Below are positions 1 to 7,168 of a DNA stretch of 59,205 nt, piece after piece (the stretch's first letter is position 1; every line of letters begins with the position of its first letter). The notes beneath the pieces were generated by a model. The model did not search any database. It had not been told where the DNA came from and was given only the letters and a program-made list of their open reading frames with translations. A program made the translations under genes and the position numbers. This DNA comes from a virus (lineage: Duplodnaviria > Caudoviricetes): positions 1-59,205 of IMG/VR virus record IMGVR_UViG_3300026026_000125; one strand, given 5' to 3'.

Positions 1-359
1 GGATAACATTTCTTATTTAATTTATCAATCAAAATAAACATTTATATCAGTTTTGAGAGTCAAAAGTAGTACTTTTATTTAACATAATTCAGTTCTTTAA
101 TATTCATAATTACTTTTTTTCCTATATATCTGATTAACACACGATTTTTGCCTAACAATAAACTATATTAGTATCATATATATACTTTTTTAGTTTGATA
201 GTTTTAAATTTATAAATAATACCTCTTAATTGATTTTTTTCAATATTTCAATTTCTTCTTTCAAACTCTCAATTTTATTTAGTAATCTCAAATTTTCAGA
301 ATGCAAAACAGCTATTTCAGCGTCTCTTTTTTCAAGCTTTTCTATCAATTTTAGTAGTT

Positions 360-560
360 TCATGTTAAAATTATAAATTGATTACTAAATATTTGCCTAA
401 TATGATTACCTGAAGATTTGAAGTATTCATCACATAATCTGTCGTTTGTAAATTTTAAGAGTTTTTTTTCTAAAAACTCATAAAGTTTTGGGTTCATAAT
501 CTTAATATTACCTGCCGTCTGATTTATTAACCCTTCTATTATTGCGCTTCTTTCTATCAT
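360..560 (-). CDS. Hypothetical protein
   Basis: ORF track; ATG start, same orientation as 634-813. Confidence 0.5.
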   Translation of the reverse strand: MIERSAIIEGLINQTAGNIKIMNPKLYEFLEKKLLKFTNDRLCDEYFKSSGNHIRQIFSNQFIILT

Positions 561-633
561 GGCTTTAAGTTTATTGATTATACGGCCACTTTAGAATATT
601 GTTACTAACAATAGGCTGACATTTGTCATGTTT

Positions 634-813
634 TCATATGATCTTTAACAAATCTTTGTATTCTTCTATTGCTAAATCAATGTCGTTCAACACTCTAGCA
701 ATAAAAGGGTTGTGTTTTGTGCTTTTTCGTTGTGAAAATTCTGAACCTGTTGTTATTTTACTTAAAACACGCCATTTGACAATGTCTTTTGCTGATATTT
801 TTTGCTTTTTCAT
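634..813 (-). CDS. 59-aa probable DNA-binding regulator (not in ORF track)
   Basis: Manual translation MKKQKISAKDIVKWRVLSKITTGSEFSQRKSTKHNPF...; directly behind a TATCTTTG promoter box and beside palindromic operators. Confidence 0.55.
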   Translation of the reverse strand: MKKQKISAKDIVKWRVLSKITTGSEFSQRKSTKHNPFIARVLNDIDLAIEEYKDLLKII

Positions 814-817
814 ATCA

Positions 818-964
818 CAAAGATAAACACATTCGTGTAATTTTGCAACATTTATATATATTATTTTTAAATGCTCATCTTATTTAGAATGAAAATAAAT
901 TACGCACATTTGTGAAAATAAATGTTAAAATACTTGCACATCTGCACAAATGTGCTTATCTTTA
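818..964. promoter_or_regulatory. Divergent promoter region with three operator-like palindromes
   Basis: Minus-strand TATCTTTG at 818-825; ACACATTCGTGT 827-838, GCACATTTGTGA 904-915, GCACAAATGTGC 944-955; TATCTTTA variant box at 957-964 on plus. Confidence 0.6.
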
Positions 965-1075
965 CTTAAGATTTAAGACAGGTACTAATATTAATTAAGA
1001 AGCATCTTTGAAATACTGAGACAACGAGAATAGAGAAGTACACGGCCTTACGCCTGATAGCTCTTAGTTGTCTGA

Positions 1076-1122
1076 CGACCTGAATGGGTTCTTTCAGTTA
1101 AGTTCGAATCTTAACCAGGTCG
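1076..1122 (+). ncRNA. tRNA-like minihelix (acceptor-like stem plus T-arm)
   Basis: CGACCTG/CAGGTCG stem enclosing GTTAAG-TTCGAAT-CTTAAC. Confidence 0.5.
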
Positions 1123-1148
1123 CTATTAACCAATTAAAATTCAATATT

Positions 1149-1343
1149 ATGAACGAAGAACAACAAATCAGAAAAGCCATTGATAATGGAGAATTCAAAA
1201 AAGTATATTACGGTAGCACAGGCACAATAGCCTATTATGATGATCTAACAGGCAATTACTATAACTTATTTGGTCAACTGCTTCGTAGTCCTGAATCTTA
1301 TGATCAATATTCTGAAGGGTATACACCATTTGGTGATGAATAA
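1149..1343 (+). CDS. Hypothetical early protein
   Basis: ORF 1068..1343; ATG at 1149 after an AT-rich leader is the more likely start. Confidence 0.7.
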   Translation: MNEEQQIRKAIDNGEFKKVYYGSTGTIAYYDDLTGNYYNLFGQLLRSPESYDQYSEGYTPFGDE

Positions 1344-1355
1344 TTATTAATTTTC

Positions 1356-1401
1356 AAGCCTGTACGGGGACAGACAAAGCGTTCGATTCTCTTTCAGGCT
1401 T
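1356..1401 (+). ncRNA. tRNA-like minihelix
   Basis: AAGCCTG/CAGGCTT stem enclosing AAAGCG-TTCGATT-CTCTTT. Confidence 0.45.
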
Positions 1402-1447
1402 CAATCACGCAAAGCAGGTGAACTGCTGAAATTTAAAACTTCGCAAA

Positions 1448-2197
1448 ATGAAAAATTTAATCGAAAAAATGAATCAGGTAGTTAAGAATTTACCTGGTTC
1501 AGGTTATAAAATGGGTGATCTATTTATATTAACAGTGGGAGAAACTACTGTGAAACATGACACTCGTGAATATTATTCAGGCAGGGGCACAAAATATAAT
1601 TCTTCAATCAGGCATGGTCATATTTCAATAAATATGACCGAAAGAGAATTAAATAGGGCGTATAAGCCTATTGCAGAAAGAATTAAAAAACAAAAGGCTT
1701 ACGATAATTTTTATAAAAATTATTTAAAACATGCAAATGATGAATCTTTCATTCGTTCTGAACTTGAAAAAAGAATTGACATTATTTCTGAGAAACCAGC
1801 ACCTGAAGGCGACGAACGCTATTATATTAATGGCTATCACGGTTGCGGTGTATATAGATTAATAATTCTAAATGGTAAAATTGCAGCAACAATTTATAGG
1901 GGTATTCATAACAGTTGTCCTAATGGCACAGATCAGGTAATCTGGGGTAAATCCATAATGAATTATATAACCGAAAAATTAGGCCCTTCCATGAAAAATG
2001 AACTGAAGGCCACCGAAGAAAATTATTCACCCGAATTTCGTAATTGGGTAATAGTTAAGGCTGATGGTAGTGGGTGTCAATTTTTCCTGAGAGATGAGGA
2101 AGATAAAATATTCTTAAATGTAAAAGAATATAATGTTCCTGCTCCAAATGGTGATGGTAATTTGGGTTATGTACATCGTAATATTCAGATTGCATAA
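1448..2197 (+). CDS. Hypothetical early protein
   Basis: 249-aa ORF, no motif recognised. Confidence 0.8.
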   Translation: MKNLIEKMNQVVKNLPGSGYKMGDLFILTVGETTVKHDTREYYSGRGTKYNSSIRHGHISINMTERELNRAYKPIAERIKKQKAYDNFYKNYLKHANDESFIRSELEKRIDIISEKPAPEGDERYYINGYHGCGVYRLIILNGKIAATIYRGIHNSCPNGTDQVIWGKSIMNYITEKLGPSMKNELKATEENYSPEFRNWVIVKADGSGCQFFLRDEEDKIFLNVKEYNVPAPNGDGNLGYVHRNIQIA

Positions 2198-2238
2198 ATT
2201 CCCGTTTAGTTCCCGCGAAGTCTGAGCGGGATAGATTC

Positions 2239-2262
2239 AGCCCCGTGAAATTCGGGGCTTTT
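2239..2262 (+). terminator. Intrinsic terminator-like hairpin inside a larger folded intergenic region
   Basis: AGCCCCG/CGGGGCT + T run; upstream TCCCGC/GCGGGA hairpin; outer ATAAATTCC/GGAATTTAT stem. Confidence 0.65.
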
Positions 2263-2307
2263 AATCGAACCGTATCGGAATTTATTAACAATCTAAAAAT
2301 TAATACG

Positions 2308-2688
2308 ATGAAAAATATTATTGAGATTAAAATAGAATGTAAAGGCAATGCTGTAGGCACACTTGGTTGGTTTAATTCAATAATGCAAGGTTCTGAATTT
2401 ATAATTAAAAATTGCAAAAGCGGTGAACCAGGTTTATTTTTAAAACATAAAAATAAAGATTCTGAAACTATGAGTTATAGTTTTATTTGCAAAAAATGGA
2501 ATCAAAATCAAGACCCTGAAGCTTACAGAATACGCTCAAATGATTATCTTATTATTTATCCATTAAATTCTCAATATTTACATGGATTTTCTGATTATCC
2601 TTTAACACAAGCTTGTGAATTAAAGGTTGAAGAGATGATTCAGATTGCACTAGATAAATTTGCAGAATGGTGGGAAAATGATAAATAA
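2308..2688 (+). CDS. Hypothetical protein
   Basis: ORF 2245..2688; ATG at 2308 after the terminator. Confidence 0.75.
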   Translation: MKNIIEIKIECKGNAVGTLGWFNSIMQGSEFIIKNCKSGEPGLFLKHKNKDSETMSYSFICKKWNQNQDPEAYRIRSNDYLIIYPLNSQYLHGFSDYPLTQACELKVEEMIQIALDKFAEWWENDK

Positions 2689-2706
2689 ATTCACAACAGA
2701 ATTCTT

Positions 2707-2736
2707 GCCCCGCTTACTTTATAGTAGCGGGGTTTT
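2707..2736 (+). terminator. Intrinsic terminator-like hairpin
   Basis: GCCCCGCT/AGCGGGGT + TTT. Confidence 0.6.
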
Positions 2737-2773
2737 AGTGGTAGAAGATGTTTTTAACTTAAAACTTATAGAT

Positions 2774-2941
2774 ATGAAAAAAATAAAATTATACATCAGA
2801 ACGCCTCTGAATAAAAATCAAGAATATACAATATGTGATGAAATTTCAGATGAAGTTTATGCTTCAACAGGCGTGCAAGGACTTGCAATAGTTATTAAAA
2901 TTGCATTAGAAAATCATATGAACAACATGTCAAAGAACTAA
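2774..2941 (+). CDS. Hypothetical protein
   Basis: 3' part of ORF 2660..2941; ATG at 2774. Confidence 0.6.
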   Translation: MKKIKLYIRTPLNKNQEYTICDEISDEVYASTGVQGLAIVIKIALENHMNNMSKN

Positions 2942-2967
2942 TTTAACTCAAATTTAATAAAAAATAT
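2921..2967 (+). repeat. ~47-bp direct repeat, copy 1
   Basis: AACAACATGTCAAAGAACTAATTTAACTCAAATTTAATAAAAAATAT. Confidence 0.9.
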
Positions 2968-2968
2968 T

Positions 2969-3220
2969 ATGAAAATTTATATGTTTAAAAAAACTGATGT
3001 TTATAAATTATTACCGAATTTTAATTCATTCGATCCTTGTAATTGGAATGAATTAAAATCATTGCCTCTTGAAGTAAAAAAATTAATAAACATATCAAAA
3101 AGACATGATTTAGTCTTTACAGAATATAACTTTATGCTTAGTTTTAATTTAGAAGATAAAGAAGCAAATAATAAATATTATGTTATGTTTATTCCGAACC
3201 CAAAATTTAATATTAAATAA
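2969..3220 (+). CDS. Hypothetical protein
   Basis: 83-aa ORF; its stop is the TAA of the following TAAC box. Confidence 0.7.
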   Translation: MKIYMFKKTDVYKLLPNFNSFDPCNWNELKSLPLEVKKLINISKRHDLVFTEYNFMLSFNLEDKEANNKYYVMFIPNPKFNIK

Positions 3221-3356
3221 CGGTCGGTCATTTACGTCCGTTGGCTATTTGAAAAACAAAAGTTGAATTTAAAACAAAAAATAAATATGGAAACAAAAGT
3301 TGAAATTATAGATGAAGTAGCCAATAGCGTAAATGCCTTATTATCTACTGGCGATT
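3218..3356. repeat. attC-like hairpin site of the solitary cassette (degenerate)
   Basis: TAAC, arms CATTTACGTCCGTTGGCTA / TAGCCAATAGCGTAAATG, then ATTATCTACTGGCGATT, imperfectly complementary to AATCGCTTGCAGCTAAC at 3606-3622. Confidence 0.7.
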
Positions 3357-3607
3357 TTGCAGGAAAATACAAAGGAAATGATAACTCAGGAAATCCAAAA
3401 ATGGAATACCTAAAAAAGATTGTATTACTGACCGATGAAGAATTACGAAAAGAATGTGAAAGTAAAATTTGGCTTTCCGCTTATGCAAGTAATAATTATC
3501 GAAGCGACTATCATTGGCATTGTGACTTCTGTTATGACGAGTGCAAAAGACGTGATAAAGAGGATATTTATAGTGAAGCACATAAGTCGGTGAGTAGTGG
3601 GATGTAA
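3287..3607 (+). CDS. Cassette-borne hypothetical protein
   Basis: ATG at 3287 lies in the hairpin loop. Confidence 0.75.
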   Translation: METKVEIIDEVANSVNALLSTGDFAGKYKGNDNSGNPKMEYLKKIVLLTDEELRKECESKIWLSAYASNNYRSDYHWHCDFCYDECKRRDKEDIYSEAHKSVSSGM

Positions 3608-3619
3608 TCGCTTGCAGCT

Positions 3620-3667
3620 AACAACATGTCAAAGAATTAATTTAACTCAAATTTAATAAAAAAATAT
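3620..3667 (+). repeat. ~47-bp direct repeat, copy 2
   Basis: One substitution and one extra A versus copy 1; begins exactly at the AAC of the cassette end. Confidence 0.9.
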
Positions 3668-3929
3668 GAAAAACTTAATCTTTATCCTATTTATTTGCGC
3701 TTCGTGCGCTATCAAGCCAGTCTGTCATTTGGACAATCAAGTTGTAAAAATAATCGATTATCACAAATCTACAAAAACTGTCAATGTTGAATCCTTAACG
3801 GGGAATTGCTACACCTCTTTTACTTGTTATCAAACAGTACACAATGGGGACACAGTGTTTGTAAAAGTAATTGTCCCAGGGTCAGTATCCGGAAACAGGT
3901 TGCCTGTCTGTGAAATTAAAAGAAAGTAA
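3666..3929 (+). CDS. Putative lipoprotein
   Basis: MKNLIFILFICASC lipobox-like N-terminus. Confidence 0.6.
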   Translation: MKNLIFILFICASCAIKPVCHLDNQVVKIIDYHKSTKTVNVESLTGNCYTSFTCYQTVHNGDTVFVKVIVPGSVSGNRLPVCEIKRK

Positions 3930-3983
3930 GTTCTTGCCCGGTTTTGCTAATAAAAAATGTTACTTAATTTAAAATCTGAAAAC

Positions 3984-4184
3984 ATGGAAAAAAATCTTTT
4001 AAAAAAATGGTTCAATTTATCAGATGATAGACTTTTAGAAATCAGAAATACCCTCATCTGTATGCCAGAACCAAAACCAGAAAGTAATTTCGAAGAAATC
4101 GTTGATCACGTTTGTACCCATTGTTCGGCTTCAAAAAAAGAAGCTGAAGCGATTGAAGAAATTGTAATATTTTCGGTTTATTAA
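3984..4184 (+). CDS. Hypothetical protein
   Basis: ORF 3957..4184; internal ATG near 3984 is a plausible start. Confidence 0.55.
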   Translation: MEKNLLKKWFNLSDDRLLEIRNTLICMPEPKPESNFEEIVDHVCTHCSASKKEAEAIEEIVIFSVY

Positions 4185-4188
4185 AATT

Positions 4189-4215
4189 AAGCCTGGCTAA
4201 ATGCCGGGCTTTTTT
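4189..4215 (+). terminator. Intrinsic terminator
   Basis: AAGCCTGGC/GCCGGGCTT + T run, between convergent genes. Confidence 0.75.
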
Positions 4216-4413
4216 GTAATTAGTCGCAATCACTAATTCAATAATAGTTTTACCTAATCCTGTATCTAAAAATATTGCACAACGTCCTTTCTTTATTGCA
4301 TATTCAGCAATATATTTTTGAAAGTCAAACATAGAATTGCACATAAAATTAGTATCAATTCCATAGTTAATTGAGTTGTGTTTCTTCTTTTCTATAAAAT
4401 CATTGTAAGTCAT
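4216..4413 (-). pseudogene. N-terminal fragment of an SF2 (SNF2/DEAD-like) phage helicase
   Basis: FDFQ Q-motif and AIFLDTGLGKT Walker A; similarity stops where the frame enters the convergent terminator. Confidence 0.75.
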
Positions 4414-4499
4414 TTTTTTAGTAATTTACTCAATTTAATTCAATTTTTGCGTGTAAACTTTTTCTATTCTTTTTGTTTTTATTCGCTTTCTCTTTGATT

Positions 4500-4931
4500 T
4501 CATACAAATATTTCATTTTTACCAGTTAATTTATATTCAATGTTTTTTAAGTCTTTTCGATAATTTATGTCAACGTCACTTATATTTGAAACAGTTGTAC
4601 ATGCCCATTTTACGGTAGCGTGGTCTTTTCCCCCAATATTTTCACCAATCCGAGCTAAAGAATATTTTGTTAAACGGCGTGAAAAAAACATAGCAATTTG
4701 TCTTGATTGAACAATTTCCTTTTTTTTAGTGATTATATCCAATTTTTCGATGTCTATATTAAAGTAATAGCAAACTACATTTTTTATACAATCTATTGAA
4801 ATTTCTTCTCCTATGTTGTTTTTTAACCACCATTTTACATACTCATGAACATCCTCAAAACAAATTCCATTTTCTTCAAATTCTGGATACTCATCAAATA
4901 TCTCTTTTGCTATTTCAAAATCTGTTTTCAT
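4500..4931 (-). CDS. DnaA C-terminal (domain IV) DNA-binding domain protein
   Basis: IVQSRQIAMFFSRRLTKYSLARIGENIGGKDHATV matches the DnaA domain IV signature; no AAA+ domain. Confidence 0.85.
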   Translation of the reverse strand: MKTDFEIAKEIFDEYPEFEENGICFEDVHEYVKWWLKNNIGEEISIDCIKNVVCYYFNIDIEKLDIITKKKEIVQSRQIAMFFSRRLTKYSLARIGENIGGKDHATVKWACTTVSNISDVDINYRKDLKNIEYKLTGKNEIFV

Positions 4932-4941
4932 ACTTATTGTT

Positions 4942-5097
4942 TTAAAATGGTAATTTAATTTTCATTTTATCAATTAAAGCACTTCGAATAATGCAATTAA
5001 AACTCATACCTGTTTTAAATTTATTGTCTTTCAAATATTTCCATTCATCATCTGAAAGACGAATTCTTAAAGTCTTGTATTTATTAAGTTTATCCAT
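4942..5097 (-). CDS. 51-aa ribbon-helix-helix-like protein at the end of array 1 (not in ORF track)
   Basis: MDKLNKYKTLRIRLSDDEWKYLKDNKFKTGMSFNCIIRSALIDKMKIKLPF: alternating strand TLRIRLS, two helices, IIRSAL. Confidence 0.7.
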   Translation of the reverse strand: MDKLNKYKTLRIRLSDDEWKYLKDNKFKTGMSFNCIIRSALIDKMKIKLPF

Positions 5098-5111
5098 AAA
5101 AGTGCCGTCAA

Positions 5112-5139
5112 AAGTTGCGTATATACATCGTTAGTTGCC
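5112..5139. other. Terminal half-site (attI-like) of array 1
   Basis: AAGTTGCGTATATAC-ATC-GTTAGTTGCC; 14/15 match to the motif ending array 2; no hairpin partner. Confidence 0.7.
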
Positions 5140-5142
5140 ATT

Positions 5143-5958
5143 TTAGGACACAGCTCCGATTATAGGTTCTGCATCAAAGAAAATAACATCTACTTTATTC
5201 TCAATTTTATTAAAAATAGGATATTCTATTTCTTTAACAACCGAACGTTCAATAATCAAATTAGGGTTCTTATGTGCTTTGTGCATCTTCGGTAATGTTT
5301 TTAATTCATCGGCACTAAAAGGCTTTGAGGTTTTCACACGCTTCACATAAGTACCTCGTTTTAATTTAGCTTCTAAGTCATTCCAGTTCACACCCTTTTC
5401 TATCATCATTTTATCTTGCAACTCGTTTGTTTTTAGCTTAAAACATTTTGCATGTCCAAATAATGAATCAGCTAACATTAAAATTGAGTTTCTTGTAGCA
5501 TCATTTTCACGCCACAATAATTGAACACAAGCATCGTGTAATGAAGGTACTTGGTAAATCCTACAATCAAATACAGCAGTTTTATTGTGTGTAGGTAGTA
5601 TTTCTTTACGTTTTTCATTAAAGAAATTCACACATTTTGCAGTAAGTTTTGAAAGTATCTTTTGCTTTTTACCATCATTATAAATGGAGCTTTTACGGTC
5701 ATCGGAATATAGTACCAAAGTTATTTCATCGCTTTGTGTATATCCAACAACTGCGTTAGTTTCTTGTACCAAAAACTTAGTAGTTTCGGTCATTAGTTCA
5801 GTTAATTTCCTATCAAATGGTCTTTCTAAACCTTTTGTCCAGTTGTGAAAGTTATTTCCATCTAATCGAATAATTACGGGCAATGTAGGTATCATTATTT
5901 CAGGTGAGAAATTTTTCTCAGTCCATTTACACCAGTCTCCCATTGTTTCAAAATCCAT
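5143..5958 (-). CDS. tRNA(His) guanylyltransferase (Thg1-like 3'-5' polymerase)
   Basis: IIRLDGNNFH, GYTQSDEITL, FDCR and WRENDATRNSI motifs; likely start MDFETMGD at 5958. Confidence 0.92.
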   Translation of the reverse strand: MDFETMGDWCKWTEKNFSPEIMIPTLPVIIRLDGNNFHNWTKGLERPFDRKLTELMTETTKFLVQETNAVVGYTQSDEITLVLYSDDRKSSIYNDGKKQKILSKLTAKCVNFFNEKRKEILPTHNKTAVFDCRIYQVPSLHDACVQLLWRENDATRNSILMLADSLFGHAKCFKLKTNELQDKMMIEKGVNWNDLEAKLKRGTYVKRVKTSKPFSADELKTLPKMHKAHKNPNLIIERSVVKEIEYPIFNKIENKVDVIFFDAEPIIGAVS

Positions 5959-6000
5959 ACTTTTATATTTTAAATTGTTAATAATTAGATGATTAAAAAC

Positions 6001-6134
6001 GGCAACTAACAACAGGTATAGCAAATAAAGGTGTTCGAGGTATGCAAACGTCCGTACTTCCTATGTTGTTCCGTGTAACTTGATAATTACTTCTTCTAAG
6101 TCCTTTACTTGCCATACCTGCGACCGTTAGGGGC
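6001..6134. repeat. attC-like hairpin site
   Basis: GGCAACTAAC, arms CAGGTATAGCAAATAAAGG / CCTTTACTTGCCATACCTG, GTTAGGGGC. Confidence 0.85.
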
Positions 6135-6166
6135 AAGCATAAGAAACATCCTGCCCCGATGAACCT

Positions 6167-6391
6167 TTAATCATCTTGGTTCATTTCTTTGTTGTCATCG
6201 AGTTCAGGAACATCTTCAACAGTTCCGTATTTTTCGAGTAGAGGTTCAACTTCTGTCCAAATGTTATAACCTTTGTCGAGCAATACAGTAGCATTGTGTA
6301 ACTGTTCTTTTGCCAACATTGCGCCTAATCCACCATTGTTTTTTAGGTTGTAATCTGCGTTTTGTAACGCTTCCATAATTGATACGCTCAT
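6167..6391 (-). CDS. Cassette-borne hypothetical protein
   Basis: 74-aa ORF filling one cassette. Confidence 0.8.
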   Translation of the reverse strand: MSVSIMEALQNADYNLKNNGGLGAMLAKEQLHNATVLLDKGYNIWTEVEPLLEKYGTVEDVPELDDNKEMNQDD

Positions 6392-6414
6392 TTTTTTTCG
6401 TTTTAAAAATGCCA

Positions 6415-6551
6415 GCCCCTAACAATGTATATAGCAAATTGGGGGTTGTTTACAAGTTGCTACATTCGCACTCTTTATTTAGTTTCTGCAAGCTGATAGG
6501 TTCGTGCGTTCTATTCCCCAACTTGCCATATACTTAACATTACCGCCAATA
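6415..6551. repeat. attC-like hairpin site
   Basis: GCCCCTAAC, arms GTATATAGCAAATTGGGG / CCCCAACTTGCCATATAC, degenerate ATTACCGCC. Confidence 0.82.
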
Positions 6552-6824
6552 TTAAGGGAACAACGGCATTTCATTAACTCCCCACCATTGGTCATAATCA
6601 AACGGGTATTCTTTTGCGGGTGGATATTCTTTACATTCTTGTTCCCACGCTTTTAGTTTTTCGTTTTTATGAAATTCCATAGCCATTTCTGCACCTTTTT
6701 TAGTTTTGTGAATACTTATAGTCGCTGCTACACTTTCGTAACAATCAGAATTATAAAGAAATTCATAAACAAATACTGGTGCCAACACAGGCTCAACCGA
6801 AATAGCGGGTTCTGTGGTTTGCAA
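6552..6824 (-). CDS. Cassette-borne hypothetical protein
   Basis: 90-aa ORF whose N-terminus is encoded by the hairpin; start codon uncertain. Confidence 0.7.
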   Translation of the reverse strand: MQTTEPAISVEPVLAPVFVYEFLYNSDCYESVAATISIHKTKKGAEMAMEFHKNEKLKAWEQECKEYPPAKEYPFDYDQWWGVNEMPLFP

Positions 6825-6913
6825 AGTTTTGTTTTTTGTTTTTATATTCGTTGTATTTTGATTGTTAAGTGTTTCAAATTCCGATACATGCGGTTACACT
6901 CAACGTTATCGCC
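6774..6913. repeat. attC-like hairpin site (degenerate)
   Basis: TGGTGCCAAC ... GTTATCGCC with imperfect arms. Confidence 0.65.
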
Positions 6914-6950
6914 TCATTTCCATCGCTTTGTGTTTTTGGTTAAACAATTA

Positions 6951-6988
6951 AATATATAGGTCTGAATATGACCTCAGACCTATATATT
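6951..6988. terminator. Perfect 15-bp inverted repeat
   Basis: AATATATAGGTCTGA-8 nt-TCAGACCTATATATT. Confidence 0.7.
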
Positions 6989-6990
6989 AT

Positions 6991-7050
6991 TTACCATTTC
7001 GGTGGTGGAGGGTCTCCAATCGGCGGGACTCCAAAAGTAAAATTTTTCAT
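6991..7050 (-). CDS. 19-aa proline-rich micropeptide MKNFTFGVPPIGDPPPPKW
   Basis: ATG after an A-rich leader, promoter box upstream, hairpin right after the stop. Confidence 0.5.
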   Translation of the reverse strand: MKNFTFGVPPIGDPPPPKW

Positions 7051-7086
7051 TTAATTAAAAATTAAATTGTTAATAAAAATCTTCGA

Positions 7087-7144
7087 CAAAGATAAAAATA
7101 AATTTCAAATAAATATATAAATATTAAAAATATGTTTATATTTG
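7087..7144. promoter_or_regulatory. Back-to-back Bacteroidota -7 promoter boxes
   Basis: TATCTTTG on minus at 7087-7094 and TATATTTG on plus at 7137-7144, at the strand switch. Confidence 0.75.
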
Positions 7145-7168
7145 CAGCGTAAAATTATCAAAAACAGA

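Larger units (their letters stand above)
5130..6913 (-). mobile_element. Integron-like cassette array 1 (3 cassettes)
   Basis: End pairs GTTAGTTGCC(5130)/GGCAACTAAC(6001), GTTAGGGGC(6126)/GCCCCTAAC(6415), degenerate ATTACCGCCAATA(6539)/TACTGGTGCCAAC(6774). Confidence 0.85.
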
